The position numbers and the translations under genes are program-made. From the NCBI RefSeq assembly GCF_009914755.1, contig NC_060932.1: a DNA stretch of 64,000 bases, one strand, 5' to 3'. Shown here in pieces: positions 24,690 through 39,779 of this stretch (positions are counted from its first letter, which is position 1; every line of letters starts with the position of its first letter). The DNA comes from the human T2T-CHM13v2.0 reference genome, Homo sapiens. Under the pieces are notes generated by a model, which had not been told where the DNA came from, did no database searches, and worked only from the letters and a program-made list of their open reading frames with translations.

Positions 24690-25030
24690 ATGTAGTAATA
24701 GTGGCTTACACAAGACAAATCAGTTTTTCTCCCTTGAAAGCCTGAGTTGGCATGATGACTTTGCTCGTAACATTGTCAAGGGGCCAAGCACAGTCTGTCT
24801 TGTCGCTCTGCCATCCCAAGAGTGCAGCCTTACCTGCATGGTCCAAAACGGTGTATTACCTGCTACATTTGCGCTCAGGCCGAAGGGTAGGTGGGGTTGG
24901 TGAGACACGACCTGTGTTTCAGTGGCACAGCCCAAAAGTTACATGCATCACGTTGCCCACACCTTGTTGGCTAGAGCACTAGCGCAAGGGATGCTGGGGG
25001 TTGTGGCCCAGCCATGTGTCCAGATAAAAA
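24690..25030. mobile_element. Old MaLR LTR fragment (MLT1-like)
   Basis: aatagtggcttacacaagac...ttggctagagcactag...aagggatgctggg. Confidence 0.45.
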
Positions 25031-27894
25031 CCAGAGACTGCATGAGCACAGTACCAGGGTAGGTGGCTATTGTATGATGACTACAGTGTCTACCACAGTG
25101 GTGTTTGAGAATTTGGAGGGCTAGGAAGGTCTTGAGATAGCCTCCTCTAGAATGTCATGGGTCTAGTCATTTATTGTATATTATTTTACATTTGTGTAAT
25201 TATCAACTGTGTGCTTGATGGGCCATATGTTTTTCTGACAGAAGTTTAGTAACTTTAGGCCAGAGACTGGTTTTTGCAGTATTTGAAGCAGAAATTAATT
25301 TTCCATTTTAGTTACAGTGAGGATAACACATAATATTTTTAAACTTATATTGTAGCAGTTCTCTGCCACACTAAGATGTATTTAATGTTGATAGCTGTAA
25401 AACTTATTTAAAGCTTGTAATTATGCTGTTGGTATTGCATAATGTTATACAGTTATGAATTTTCTAGGTCATTTTTACTATCTTATAATTTTTATGGCAG
25501 TTTTTTTAAAATTTAAAGATGGTTGACTATATCTAGAAATGTCAGGTGTCTCACATTTACTCCCAGTAGCCACTATTAAATGTGGATTTTAGGATGGGGA
25601 GATATATTACAGAATGTCAATTTAAAAAAAGCTGTAATGCTTGAAGTGCAGTGTTACTGCTGCATCTGCGGTGAGGAATTTGTGGGAATTTGTTTTTTTC
25701 CCTCATGTATTCTTTTTCCCATCATCTCAAACACATTTTAAATGTCTGAGAATTGTTTTTTTTTCCGCTGCACACATAAAATTAGAGAATACAGTCGAGA
25801 TATGTTTTCTTTGCATAACTGGCTACCCCTCTGTCTCCCTTTCCCCTTCGCCCAAACTTACCTACAGATCCGCCCCTTTGAACCAATGGCTGCTAACACA
25901 AGCATCCCTGCGCAAAAAGGTTTTATGACAGCAACGCTGGGTACCCTCTGTAGGGCACAGTGAGCGAGAACTAGTCAGCACCACCTTTTACCCCACCTAG
26001 TTGCTTTGCAGTACTGGGATCCCCCGCCCTGCTTCCTACTCTGCCATTTCGTTCATCTTCCTCTGACTTTTGTCCGTTCCTACCAAAATGGAAATCCAAA
26101 CCTGTGGGTAGAGGCTGTTGGTGACCTGAAACTGCAGCAGATGTTTAATGTATCCTTTCTCTGGAAGGAAAAACCATTTAACTTTGAACCTAAAATTGAT
26201 TTTAAAAAGATAAGACCATATGTAATCACCATTTAAAATCACTATATAAATGGCCTTCTCTTTCCCCCACATGTCTTTGAGAAACATAGTACTCCTAATT
26301 CTTTGATTTAAGGTGGGCTTTCAAAACTTAGAAAAAGAACTATAGTAAAAATAATTTAGGTAATCAAGATTCTACGTAACTTTGTTAATTTTCTTTTTTG
26401 TGAACGTGCGTGAAAATAGGCCTTTAGTATCCTTCTGCTTACTTTTCAACTCATTTTAGTATTCAAAGTTTAGAGAACATAGGGAAGAAATTAAGCAATT
26501 CAACATGGTTGATCTGGGGGCAGCCAGCCAGTTCATACTCTGAAAGCTGCTCTTTCAAGCAACATTCATGATATTACTGAGGTTTAAACATAGTTTGATA
26601 GACAGAGGATTCATCTTAACCCTGACCTAAGTGAGCCTTTTATTAGGCTGTTGATTCAGAATAGAGGGTAGGTCGGCTGGGGTCCAGATTGAAGAGAGGA
26701 CAGCCAGTTAAGGGTTTCAGTAGACAGGTGAGAAATGTTGAGTGCTGCCTATGGTGATGTCTGCACAGCTGGACAGAGGGTCAGGATCAGTAAAAGAGTG
26801 AGTCACATATTGATTGGACTAGCCAAAAGGGTGGCCCTGAGAAGGACTCTGAGGGTTCAGCTGGGGAAATGGTGTAAGTAAATAATCTGGCTGGGTCTTC
26901 TCTCCAGCGTAGTGTTTCTGCCACTCAGTTTTATGTTTGATGACAGAAATTGTATGATTCCTATAAAGGAAAGATACTGAAGAAGAGTGTCTAAATACTA
27001 TATATCTTTAAGAATTTCTAACCTTTTCCATCAGATTTCAGTGTTATTATGGGCACTGTAATTGCCTATAGTTATTTCAGTATAACTATAGGCGCTGTTG
27101 AGGATATATAAGAAGTTGTTCCTTGTCTTTTATGAAGTTGACATTTGACAAGGGAGTGTGTAGTCAAACATAACGCATTCAGCTCAGTCTTGGCAGAGAC
27201 TCCCATTGCTTGCTCCTCCTTGTTCACCCACTCATTTATTTGCTATTTTCACTTGCTCACTCATTTATTCTTCCACTCATTCTGTAAACTGATGTTTCTT
27301 GGTCATCTGCTATGTGCCGGTAGGGCCCCCATGCGGCCCACAGCCCCACTGTGTTTGCTTGGTTGGCCTGCTCTACTCCTCTTTGTGTTATCAATATTTC
27401 AAACTCCTTCACTCTACTCTGATGTTCGGCTCCCTACATACTCCTTCCCCATCTTTTCAAAACAACCAGATCTCTTGTGTCACCAGGAAATCCAGAGCCA
27501 TCAGACTTTTTCTCAGAACCTTAGGTTGATTTAAAATTTTCATCTTCATTGACTTTATCCTGAATCTTTATTTTTTGTCCAGAACACCTGAGATATTCCG
27601 AACAGAGGCTTATTTTTGTTAATTATCTCACAGGGAACAGTTAAGTGTGTTGCCCTTTGCCTGTTGATTACCCCCAGGGGTAGAGTCATAGGGATTTTTG
27701 TTACATGAGTGGTAGTGGCTTTTCTTTGCTCTTGATGGGAAGGACACAGCTTTCCCCACCCCTCCAGAAAGGGTTTCCTTGGAAATGGAATGGGCCGGAG
27801 TCCTACCTCTACTCCTTTGTTGGGTAGATAAAATCTACCCAGGAGCCAGACTTAGAGATGTCTCTGGTCTTATTATTACACATACTGTTACACC

Positions 27895-28710
27895 TGTTTA
27901 GTCCACAATATATTAAGGATTTACTATGTGCTGTGGTGTCAGGATACAGCAATAAATGAAACATGAAAACCCATGTCTGATGGAGCTTGCATTCTGGTGA
28001 AACAGATAGGCAGTGGACAAGATGAGTTCCGCAGTGTAGTAAGTGTGATAGTATTTGGGAGATAAGAAATGCTAAGGATGGGTGGTGGTAGAGGAAGATC
28101 TATAGAGAGTGGCCTCTAAGAAGCAATCTGTGGAAGGAAACCTTAGGCAATGAGAGCAGGATGAATGGATATCTGAGGGCAGGGCCTCCCCGGCAGGGAA
28201 AGAAAAGTGCAAAGGCCTCAAGGCAGGAGTACATCATCTGGCATATTCAGGGACAGCAGGGTTCCAGCATGGGTAAGGGGAGCCCGGAAGCGGGGCCAGT
28301 AGGAGACAAGATCCCAGCCTGACTGGGTCCCAGCTGTGAAGTACCTGTTGTCATAGTAAGGACTTGGGCTTTTCTGAGTGATGTGGGGAGTCAGGGGTTT
28401 GAGTAGAAGAGTGATTTGTTCAGGCCTATGCTTTAACAGGATTATTCTGGCTACCGTGTTAAAAACAGACTTCCAAGATGCAGGACAGAAGCAAGTGGAC
28501 CAGTTCTTAAGAGGGTTGGGTTAACCCCCATGGGAAATGATCATGGCTTAGAGAGAAAGGAGGTGGTGGATGAGGAAGGGCTCAAATCCTGGATGTATTC
28601 TGCAGGTGGAACTGACACATGGAATGTGTATGGTGCAGTAAGAGGGTCGAGGGGTGAGACTAAGACTTTGGCCTGAGCAGCTAGAAGGTAGAGTTGCATT
28701 AACTGATATA
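27895..28710 (-). mobile_element. L2 element
   Basis: tattaaggatttactatgtg...ggagcttgcattctggtg...aaagtgcaaaggcctcaaggcagga...ttggcctgagcagctagaagg. Confidence 0.8.
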
Positions 28711-29408
28711 ACATCTAAATCCGCCTTGTCTTGCACAGGGTCCTTGGGTCTGTGCCTAGGAACAGAAGCACAGTGTCACAGGTCATGCGCCTCTTTCCCT
28801 TTCCAGTGAGGTGGTGTCACCATGTTCTCCTAATGCATTGCATGTTCATCCTTTTCCTCCACTTGTATTTCCTGGAAGTTGTTCCATGTCAGTGTGCATT
28901 GAGTTCCTCATTCATTATAATGATGGCATTTCATTGTTTAGGTATACCATAACTTATTTGTCCAGGCTTCCACTGACATCATTTTGGCTATTTCCCACTT
29001 TTCATTATTTCTAGTGGTATAGCATGGGTCATCTGTGAATATCTCTTTGCATACTTGTGTGAATATTTATGAAATCTAAGGTCCTAATAGAATCGTATAT
29101 TTAAAATTCTAGTATTGCCACATTACCTTCTGTAATTTTGTACCAGTTTATACTCTGCATAGTAGTGTACACAGATTCCCATTAATTCACACTTCACCCA
29201 AGATGTGTGTGTGTCAGTGCAGGTTACACACTGCACAAGGGGAGGGTTTCATCATGAGGGAATAATGGCTGAAATGCATCTGTGTGCCTTGTGTAGGCTG
29301 CATGTGTGTCTTCATGTAAAGGTGCTGTCTGCTCCCATGCCATCTGCGTTTTGGGGACAGTGCACAAGGTGTTTACAGCAGCCTTGTCTTTGTAATTACT
29401 TTAACTAG

Positions 29409-29794
<386 letters not shown>

Positions 29795-30226
29795 TTGTTT
29801 CTTTATTAAGTAAGAGAGCTCTTTCAAAAGAAATTATATTTCCCCTGTTTACACTTCTAAAAAACTAAGAAGATAAGAATAGTTAATTTACAAAACACTA
29901 GGATGCACAGTGCAACAACAGGACAAATCAAAGTTTTTTTAACCAAGGTAGTTCAATTGGGAAGGGAAAGATTTTTTCAACTGGATAAACGTGCAAGGAA
30001 AAGTGAACCTCTACTACTCACTCTTACTGTGGACATAGCATTAATGTTAGATGGATTTTAGAATGAACTGTAAAAGGCTAAAACTGTAAAGTTTTAAGAA
30101 GAAAACAGTATTTTCACAATGTAAAGTAGGCCGATTGCTTACCACACAAAAACCACAAGCTGTGAAAGAAAAAAAAGATGAACTTCATATTAAAAACTTA
30201 TACCTAAAGTCATCATTAGAAAGTCA

Positions 30227-30537
<311 letters not shown>

Positions 30538-30539
30538 GA

Positions 30540-33500
30540 ACAAGGTTTACTATAAAATGTAAAATCACCACAATCAAGAGAGTGGTATGTGGTACTGGCG
30601 AAAAGATAGATACACAGGTCAGTGGAACACAACAGAGGACCCCAGATAAGTCCATACAGATATGGTCGGTTTGTTTTTGACAGTGGTGTAAAGGCACCTC
30701 TTAATATATTCCATGGAGAAAGTGTAATCTTGTCAGCAAATGGGCTAGAAAACTAGATGTGTATATGCAAAAATAAATAAAAACCTGTACAGCTCACATT
30801 TTATACAAAAATGAACTCAAAATGGATCATATACCTAAATGTAGAATGTAAAACTGTAGAACTTATGGAAGAAACCCAAAGGAAAGTCTGCATGATCTTG
30901 GGCAGAGTTTTTAGATACGATACCAAAAGCACATCTTTCCATAAAAGAAAAAAAATCTATAATTTGCATTTTATCAAAATTTTAAAATTCTACTCTCAGA
31001 GAACACATTTGTAAGTCATATATCTGACAAAGGGTTAGTATCCAGAATAATAAAGAACACTTAAAACTCAACAATAAGAAAACAACCCAGTAAAAAATTG
31101 GGCAATAGTTTCGGTGAACCTGTACTTCACCAAACAACTTGCATGGATTGCAGAGAAGCCCATGCAAATAAGCAGAGAAAAATAAGCATGTGATGCCCAA
31201 CATAATTTATTGTTAGGGAAACAAATGCAAGCAATCCGGAAGGTAAACACTGCAGCTAGCCTGAGGCCACGGTACCATTTGGGGCAAGCAGCTGACCAGC
31301 TAGAGATATAACAGTATGTTCTGGGGAATGAGACTGCCACAGTGGGCCTAGGTGATTTGGAAGGCTGTGCACCTTCCTCATAAGGTACCAGCAGAGGCCT
31401 ACGTCAGTAGCTAAGATGAAAGAACAATCACGAAGCATCCCAGTGCTGGCAAGGACAGTGCCAAGTGCTGGCAGGAATATGCTCTCCAACCCTGCTACTG
31501 GGAATGCAGAATGGCACAGCCACTCTGGAAAACAGTGTGGCAGCTTCTTACTGTGTTACACTGCCTTAGGAGCTGGCAGTCTCACTCCTAGGTGTTTACC
31601 CAAGGTAAGTGAACATTCATGCTCACACAAAACCTGCATGTGACTGTTAATAGAGTTTTATTCAGTAATTGCCAACACTCAAAATCAGATATCCTTCAAC
31701 TGGTGAATGAATAAACAAATTGTGGTAACATCTCTACAGGAGAATACCACTCAAAAGTCAAAAGGAACAAACTATTAATTCGCACAACATGGATGAATCT
31801 TAAATTCGTTTTGCTTAGTGAAAGAAACCAAACCTAAAAGGCGTCCATACTGTATGATTCTATCTAAAGGATGCGCTAGAAAAAGCACAACCATAAGGAA
31901 GACGAACAAATCAGTGGTTGCCAGGGGTTAAGAGTTGGGGAAAAGGAGTTGATGACAAAGAGAGTCAGAGGCAGTTTGGGGAGTGATGGGACTGTGTTAG
32001 ATTTGACTGTGCACCTGTCAAAACCCATGGAACTGTGCACCACAGAATTTCACTAAAATCAACATAGATGTTTGTGTATGTGTTATTGGGGGGAGTGCCC
32101 AAATGATACAAACTGTGACAGATGAATCAAATGGTATTACAAACTTATCCCATAATCCAGGGGTCCCCAACCCCTAGGCCATGGATCGGTACCAGTCCGT
32201 AGCCTGTTAGGACCTGGGCCACAGAGCAGGAGGTGAGCAGAGGGCAGGCAGGCATTACTGCCTGAGCTCTGCCTCCTGTCAGGTCAGCAGCAGCATTAGA
32301 TTCTCATAGGAGCGTGAACCCTGTTGTGAACTGTGTATGTGAATGATCTAGGTTGCTCACTCCTTTTGAGACTAACTAACTAATGCCTGATGATCTGAGG
32401 TGGCACAGTTTCATCCTGAAACCATCCCCCCTCCTCGCCCCAGTCTGTGGAAAAAGTGTCTTCTAAGAAATTGGTCCTTGGTGCCAAAACGGTTAGGGAA
32501 TGCTGCCATAACCGTTGTGAAATGGATGTGGAATTAGCTGACTTATCAGTAACTTTGGAAAACAGTGTTTTGACAGGATGCTGTAAGGCTAAAGACAAAA
32601 CCTGTGGTTAGTGCACTTGTTTCTCATAGGGGCATGGGTTAGCAATCTCAAAACTGTACATATTCTAGGAAGAAGTTACAAATAAGAAAGGATGGTGCTA
32701 GAGTTATCCTGTGGTTCTGGATCAGGGTTGGAGGTGTCAGCATGAACTAGGGCTGTTGGTTTTTTCAGAGAGAGAGAAATGTGGGTCTATGCATGTGTGA
32801 GTTAGTATAACACATCTGTTTTCTAAGTCTGTTGACAGAGGGCCTTAGAGCAGTGACACCTGCATCAGTGACTAGAGCCAGCCTGAGATGGTGGATCCTA
32901 AGGGCTCCTCAGGGAAGGGGTTGGTTCCAGGGCTGGGATAGAGCAAATGAAAGGTGAGTGATGGGAGCCTGTCAGATATCAGAAGGGTAGATGTCCGTCA
33001 AAAAGTGCTGCATTGGCCAAAGCTGGAGCAGTTCGAGCCACAGGATAGACAACAGTAGTAATGGATTATAACCTAAAAAAGAAAAGAAATAGCCATCCAT
33101 TTAGGCTGATATGAATACATAAATGAATGTATAAGTGAGGGATAAGGAACAGTTCTTCCTTGTAGAATTCCAGTTAATAAATATAGAAGGAATAAGGGAA
33201 ATAGAAAATCACCATGATAATTGTTATAAGCACAGTCCCTTGACAGATGCAGCAAGGTGAAATCTAACAGGTAAAAGAATTAGGAGAAATAGAATATCTG
33301 CCAAGTCTCCCCCCAAATAGCTATTCATTACAAAGGGAACAATACTTTACAGTGGAGAAACCTGGCAGACACTGCCCCAACCAAGAACTCAAAGGTGGCA
33401 TCATATTGGCAGCAGGTACCTGTGGTGTGGTGCTGTGTGAATGGCACATCATCTGTGGTGGTTTTCCCTAAGCTGAATCAGGAGAAAACAGCAGACAAAC

Positions 33501-33830
33501 CTAATTTGACGGACATTCTACAAAATAATTGACCGGTACTCTTCAAGGTGATGAGAGGAGACTACAAACTCTTCTGGCATGGGGGGCCATGGTAGTGTGT
33601 CAGCTAAGTACAGTGTGGATCCTGGACTGGGCCCAGCAGCAGACGGGCTCTGGTGGGTGGCCTGGCAAAACAACAAAGCCTGTGGTTGAGCTGGGAGTAC
33701 CATGCCAGAGTTCCTCTTCTGGTGTTGATCCTTGTTCTATGGCTGCATGAAGGTGGGTGGAAACTTGGGGACACTGTGTGTTCTGCCTCTGAAACTCTTG
33801 TGCAAGTCTAAAATCACCTTTAAAAGTCTT
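30540..33830 (+). mobile_element. Fragmented old L1M (ORF2 end and 3'UTR), interrupted by MER1B
   Basis: tggtactggcgaaaagataga, aaaatgaactcaaaatggatcat, atatctgacaaagggttagtatccagaata, ggatgaatcttaaa; boundaries approximate. Confidence 0.7.
32158..32505 (+). mobile_element. MER1B-like hAT (Charlie) non-autonomous DNA transposon
   Basis: caggggtccccaacc...ggttagggaatgctg termini; 8-bp TSD ccataatc/ccataacc. Confidence 0.88.
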
Positions 33831-34469
33831 TTTAAGTCATCATTAAGAAAATTAATAGGCAAGCCAGAGGCATCACGTAGTCTGACTGTGCTGTCAGTCG
33901 TGTCTGGGGCCTGCGTCAGCACAGGGCTCGCAATGGTGGCTTACCTCTTAGTTCCCAAGGAGAGGCAGAGTGGAGAGCCTCCCTGGTGATTGACTTAATA
34001 GCTATATGGAGCTTTCTATGGTGTCTTTATTGGGTATGTGTTACGGGAGGTACACAGGTCAGGACTCCCTGAACTGTACTTAAAAGTCTATTCTGCTGTA
34101 TATGAATTATGCCTCAGGAGAGAGAAGAGAACTTATGCTCCATTTGGAATTTATCTTGGAGCATGACGTGAGGAACAAATCTGTTTGTGTCTTTGTGCAG
34201 TAGCTGTCCAGTTACTGCAGCAGCACTACTAACTGAAAAGCCCCTTCCCTGCTGTGTTGAGATACCTCTTTTTCCCATACTAAATTTCCATGGGCAATTG
34301 GGACTACAGGGTTTTCTCTCTGTCTTCCTGGACTTCCCTCATCACACTGATGTAAATAGAGAGGCTTAATACTGTGTTTTCATGTCAGCTGGGGCTAGAG
34401 TCTTCACCATTGTGGTTCTTACTCAGAGTTGTCTGGTTATTTGTGCTTACTGGTTCTTCTTCTCCTTTT

Positions 34470-36035
34470 ATTTTAGATACAGGGGGTCCATGTACAGATT
34501 TGTTACATGAAAATATTGCATGAGGCTGGGGTTTGGAGTACAGATCCTGTCACCTCATTAGCATAGTACCCAATAGGTAGTTTTTTTTAACCCACCCCCA
34601 CTCCCTCTACCTTCTAGTAGTCCCCAGTGTCTGTTGTTCCCATGTTTGTGTCCATGTGTGCTCAGTGTTTAGCTCCCATTTATAAGTGAGAACATGTGGT
34701 ATTTGGTTTTCTGTTCCTGCATTAATTTGCTTAGAATTAAGTCAAGCTCCATCCATGTTGCTGCAAAAGGTGTGATTTTATTCCTTTTTTATGGCTGTGT
34801 AGTATTTCATGATGTATAGGTACCACATTTTCTTTATCCAGTCTACCATTGATGGGCACCTGGGTTGATTCTGTGTCTTTACTATTGTTAATAGTGCAGC
34901 GATGAACATAGGAGTGCCTGTGTCTTTTTGGTAGAATGATTTATTTTCTTTTGGATATATACCCAGTAATGGGGTTGCTGGATAGAATGGTAGTTCTATT
35001 TTAAGTTCTTTGAGAAATCTCTAGACCACTTCCCACAATGGCTGGACTGATTTACATTCCCGTCAACAGTGTATAAGCATTCTGTTTTCTCCTCAGCCTT
35101 GCCAGCATCTGTTGTCTTTGACTTTTTAGTAATGGCCATTCTGACTAGTGTCAGATGGTATCTCATTGTGGTTTTGATGCATTTCTCTAATGCTATGTGG
35201 TACTGAGCCGTTTTCATGTTTGTTGGCCACTTGTATATCTTGTTTGAGAAGTGCCTGTTCATGTCCTTTGCCCATTTTTTTTTTTTTTTTTTTGAGACAG
35301 AGTCTCACTCTGACACCCAGGCTGGAGTGCAGTGGCGCAATTTCCGCTCACTCCTTTGCCCATTTTTTAATGGGGTTGTTTGTTTTTTTGCATAAGTTCC
35401 CTGTAGATTCTGGATATTAGGCCTTTGTCAGACGCATAGTTTGCAAATAGTTTCTCTCATTCCGTAGGTTGTCTATATTCTCTGTCAATAGTTTCTCTTG
35501 CTGTGCAGAAGCTCTTTCATTTAATTAAATTCTACTTGCCAATTTTTGTTTTTGTTGCATTTGTTTTTGGGAACTTAGCCAAAAATTCTTTGCCAAGGCC
35601 AACGTCAAGAAGAGTATTTCGTAGGTTATCTTCCAGGATCTTACAGTTTGAGGTCTTACTTTGAAATCTTTAATATATTTTGAGTTAATTTTTGTATATG
35701 CTGAAAGGTAGGGGTCTGGCTTCAGTCTTCTGTATGTGGCTAGCCAGTTATTCCAACACCATATATTGAATAGGATGGTCTTTTTCCACTGCTGTTTTTG
35801 CTGGCCTTGTCAAAGATTGAATGGTTGTAGGTGTGTGGCTTTATTTCTGAGTTTTCTGTTCTGTTCATTGGTCTGTGAGTCTGTTTTTGTACCAGTACAG
35901 AAGCTGTTTTGGTTACTGGGGCTTTATAGTATAGTTTGAAGTTGAGTAGTGTGATGCCTCTGGCTTTGTTCTTTTTGCTTAGGAGTGCTTTGGCTATTTG
36001 GGCTCTTTTTTCATTCCATATGAATTTTAGGATAG
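34470..36035 (-). mobile_element. 5'-truncated L1 (L1PB/L1MA-type), antisense
   Basis: Reverse 3'UTR and ORF2 text; minus-strand peptide KTTMRYHLTLVRMAITKKSK. Confidence 0.9.
35281..35351 (-). mobile_element. Severely 5'-truncated Alu inserted in L1
   Basis: Poly(T) plus 58 bp of Alu 3' end; TSD tcctttgcccatttttt at 35264-35280 and 35352-35368. Confidence 0.9.
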
Positions 36036-38035
36036 TTTCTTGTTGTTCTTAAATGCATTTTATAATTAACTTGTTTAGCTCTAAGAAAAAAACTTGATTT
36101 TGTATTGGAATAGCATTAAATTTAATATTTTTTAAAAATGTTTCATCTACTAACTTACTGCAAAGAGTTTTATAAAGTTGCCTGTAATGATTTTTTAATG
36201 TTTTTCTTCATTTTTATAAAGGAAACATCCTTGTGACCACACCCGGGTCAAGGAATAGAACTTTATCAATCATCCCAGAAGCGCCCCCCGCCCCCCACAT
36301 GTCCCATTTCTATTATAACCTACTTCATCTCCCCAAAAATAACCACTTCCCAAACTCTTATGGTAACCATTTCCCTAATCTTTATAGTTTTATCACCAAG
36401 TGTATATTCCTAGACACTATAGTTTAGTGTTGTTTTATTCTTAAAATTTGATATGTTTTTAAAGTCTCTTTTAATCTACACATTTTTCTCTCTATCCCTT
36501 TCTTTTCCTTATCTTTTACAATGTTTAAATTTTCTTCTGTTAGCACTTGTAACTTTCTTATTTTTTTTTTTCTAATCAGATACCTAGTGGTTTGTTTTGG
36601 TTGATTATTTTATCTTGAGAGCCAGCTTTTGGATTTACTTCTTAGTTCTATTCTTTTTCTACTTAATAATATCTGCTTTTATTTGTAATAATTCCCCTCT
36701 TTCTTTTGGTTCACTTATTCTTTTTCTGGCTTTTTCAGTTATATGTTTAAATAATTTATTATTTAAATTTGTATTGATATAGGTATTTAATGCTATAAAG
36801 TTGCCTGTGACAGTTACTTTTTTTCTGAGTCCTATAAATTCTCTATATATTTTCCCAGCCTTTTATAGCTGTATATCTTATATGCAGTATGGTGTTTGAT
36901 TTTGCTTTGTGAGCCAATCCAAGACTGTTTTCCATTTAATAGGTGAGCCAAGTCCATTTTTTACATCACAGATAACAGGGAACCACCTTGTTCTATTTTA
37001 TTTGCTTTTATCCTTTTGGTATTTAGGAGGGCTTTCTTCCTCCTTTTTTTTTTTTTTTTCCACTTTTATCCTAATGCCTTTATAGCAAACACTTAGTTTC
37101 TTTGGTTGGCTCCCCACAGTACCTGATACTGCAGTTAGCTGATGGACACCCCAGTCCCAGTTGGCCCCTGCACATCTTCTGCCCGCCTCTACCAGAACAC
37201 TGGTGGTTGTTCTTTGTCTGCATTGTGCACGCTGTTAACCATGGCATGCTGCACTTTTATCACTGTCATGTGCCAGCAGCTCCACAGATAAATAAAGACC
37301 ACCCTGCAGCTCACCTTTGCATCTGCCTCTAGTCATTTTGGTTTCCGGAGCTTATTCTTTAGTGGGTCATCCCTCAGCTCCTGGTCACTGTACTTCCTGT
37401 GTTTGTGTATACTCATAAAAAATATGTGTGACTTTTACCCTTGATAGTCACTATTTAGATGTTAAATCTGTGGCTTATATTTTTTCCCTTGAATATCTTA
37501 AATATGTTACTGAACCTATTCTATTCTGGACCTGTAATCCCTACTACAAAGCCACTCACGAGTCCAGTTTTCATCATTTCTGATTTTACAGACATGCATT
37601 CTTAAGGGGGAGGAATTTATAGAACTGAAAGCCATGTTAATATCCTAGTCATGAGGTGGCTGAGATTTAGTCTGTCCAGGTAAGATGGTGCAGGTAGGGA
37701 GTGTGGTGGTCCAAGTGGCACACGCAGGAAGTCACAGAATGTGGGAGGCATTGTTTTGTGTACCCTGTGCACAGAGTGTCTGATGCCCTTTGATAGGTTT
37801 GCGGCCTCATCTGGTGGACTTTCTGGCACAGCCCTTCCTCAAGGTTGCTGCATCTGAAGCTCTTTAAGACGGCGTTTCCCTTCTGCCAGATTGCACTCTG
37901 TGCACAGTGCAGTTGCTTCTCCCTGCGGAGTGAGATGGGCCCACATTGGCTGTGGCTCCACCTGGCCTTGGTGCTCTTGCCGCCCTCTGCTCTGCTGCTC
38001 CTTCATGTAAGAAGGGTGTGTTAAGAGTCCGTAAG

Positions 38036-38233
38036 TGTGTCGTGTTAGATATTTAGGAAGGAAATGTTAATTCTGAAAATAGGTTTCACATCTTTTTTTT
38101 AACTTATATAAAATTGACTGGACTTTCTCTTCTGTGTGTTGTGTTAGATATTTAGGAAGGAAATGTTAATTCTGAAAATAGGTTTCACATCTTTTTTTTA
38201 ACTTATATAAAATTGACTGGACTTTCTCTTCTG
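38036..38233. repeat. Near-perfect tandem duplication, 2 x 99 bp
   Basis: Copies start at 38036 and 38135; one C/T difference (38041 vs 38140). Confidence 0.95.
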
Positions 38234-38764
38234 AATTTTCTTTTTATAATTAGAGACTAATAATACACTGATACGAAGTAGCTTTATATCAGGAAAATGG
38301 ATAAACGTAAACATTTGCCTACCAGGAGAAAATAATACGACCTGATTGGAAAATGTACAGATAAAAAGCTAAGTTTAGTAGGTAGCCATTGATGAACACA
38401 GTGTGACTTAAGACAACAACTGGGGATTGTTAGAGCAGAGATTGTAGCTCCCTTCCGGGGAGGAGCTGACCAAAATGTCCTCCAGCTCCTGCTTGACAGA
38501 AGAGGTGCAGCCAAATTGGTCGAAAGGAAATGTCAGAGGAGGCCAGGGTGGGAATTATCAGCAACTGTGTTTGAGGATTTGTTCCACTTTGTTTTGGTTT
38601 TGGTGAAATTATCACAGTCTGCATGTTATATGACCTTGGCACTTAGAGTCATGGCAACTTGTTGCATTTATGCGAGATTTTTTCTCCCTAAAGTCTCTTC
38701 TGTTTGATAGCATATATGTACCTTTCATAATCAATATCAAACTGAAGTAACTTGAAAAGATAGA

Positions 38765-38905
38765 TACTTTTATTCATTTTCTGGGATTCCATAACCACAA
38801 ACTCAGTGGCTTAAAACCACAGAAATGTATGTCCTCACAATTCTGGAGGCCAGAAATCCAAAATCAAGGGCTCGGCAGGGTTGCTTCCTACTGGCAACTC
38901 AGGGA
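38765..38905 (-). mobile_element. MLT1 LTR fragment
   Basis: ccacaaactcagtggcttaaaaccacagaaatgtat...tcacaattctggaggccagaaatccaaaatcaagg. Confidence 0.75.
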
Positions 38906-39779
38906 AGTTGAGTTTATGAGTATGTATTATTTTTTATTATGTGTAGTATAGTACTTTAATAATTATTAAAACAAATCATTCACAAATATTGGTCATTTTT
39001 CTTACTGGTAACAAAAGTTTTGTGACATATTTTACAGCAATATAGTTAAGAACTGATGCCCTTGATTAGCAATTTTAAAAACCGGAGGCTTACCCTAGCC
39101 TGTCTTATTTTCCTAGACTTGTGTGGAAATGATTTGAAGATGATGGCCCATAACAGCACATTTCTGTAAAGCCTGTGCTTAAAACCCTAGAGTGGTCTGG
39201 GAGATGAAGATTAAGTCCTTGTTATCCATCTCTTAAGGGAAATACCATCAGAGGAAAATGCAAATCTTATTATAGGTCATCACTAAAATGAGGATTGTAA
39301 TTTATAGAAATTGGGGTTTAATTATGAGAAATAGTTCCGTTCTTGGCTCTTGTTTACTTCTACTTGGAGTTGTTTTGTTGATTCTTCTCTGTTCTCTTCT
39401 CTTCCTTTTCTTGAATGGAAAGGAACTTGGAAAAGTGATTCCCTGTCCTTGGGATTGTCAGAGGAAACTTGGAATGTCATTGCCTTTTGGGCACATTTGC
39501 TAGCAAGGGGGTGACGTATGCTGTGGTGCAGCCTGGGTGTGGAGAGTTAAGGGCTGTTAGCTCCATCATTCAGACATGTTTTAAGTTTATGGAAACTCTG
39601 TGTTTCATACAAGTGTGTTTGTGCCCTGTATTTTCCGCTTGTGTTGTATAACGTTCTATTCTTTGTTTTTAACACTTCCCGCCCCCACCCCATCCCTCGG
39701 ACATGCACCTCAGACAGCATGAACAAGACAAGCTGCTACTTCCTCTCCTCTCTTGCACACTGTCTCTTTATCTTTAATT

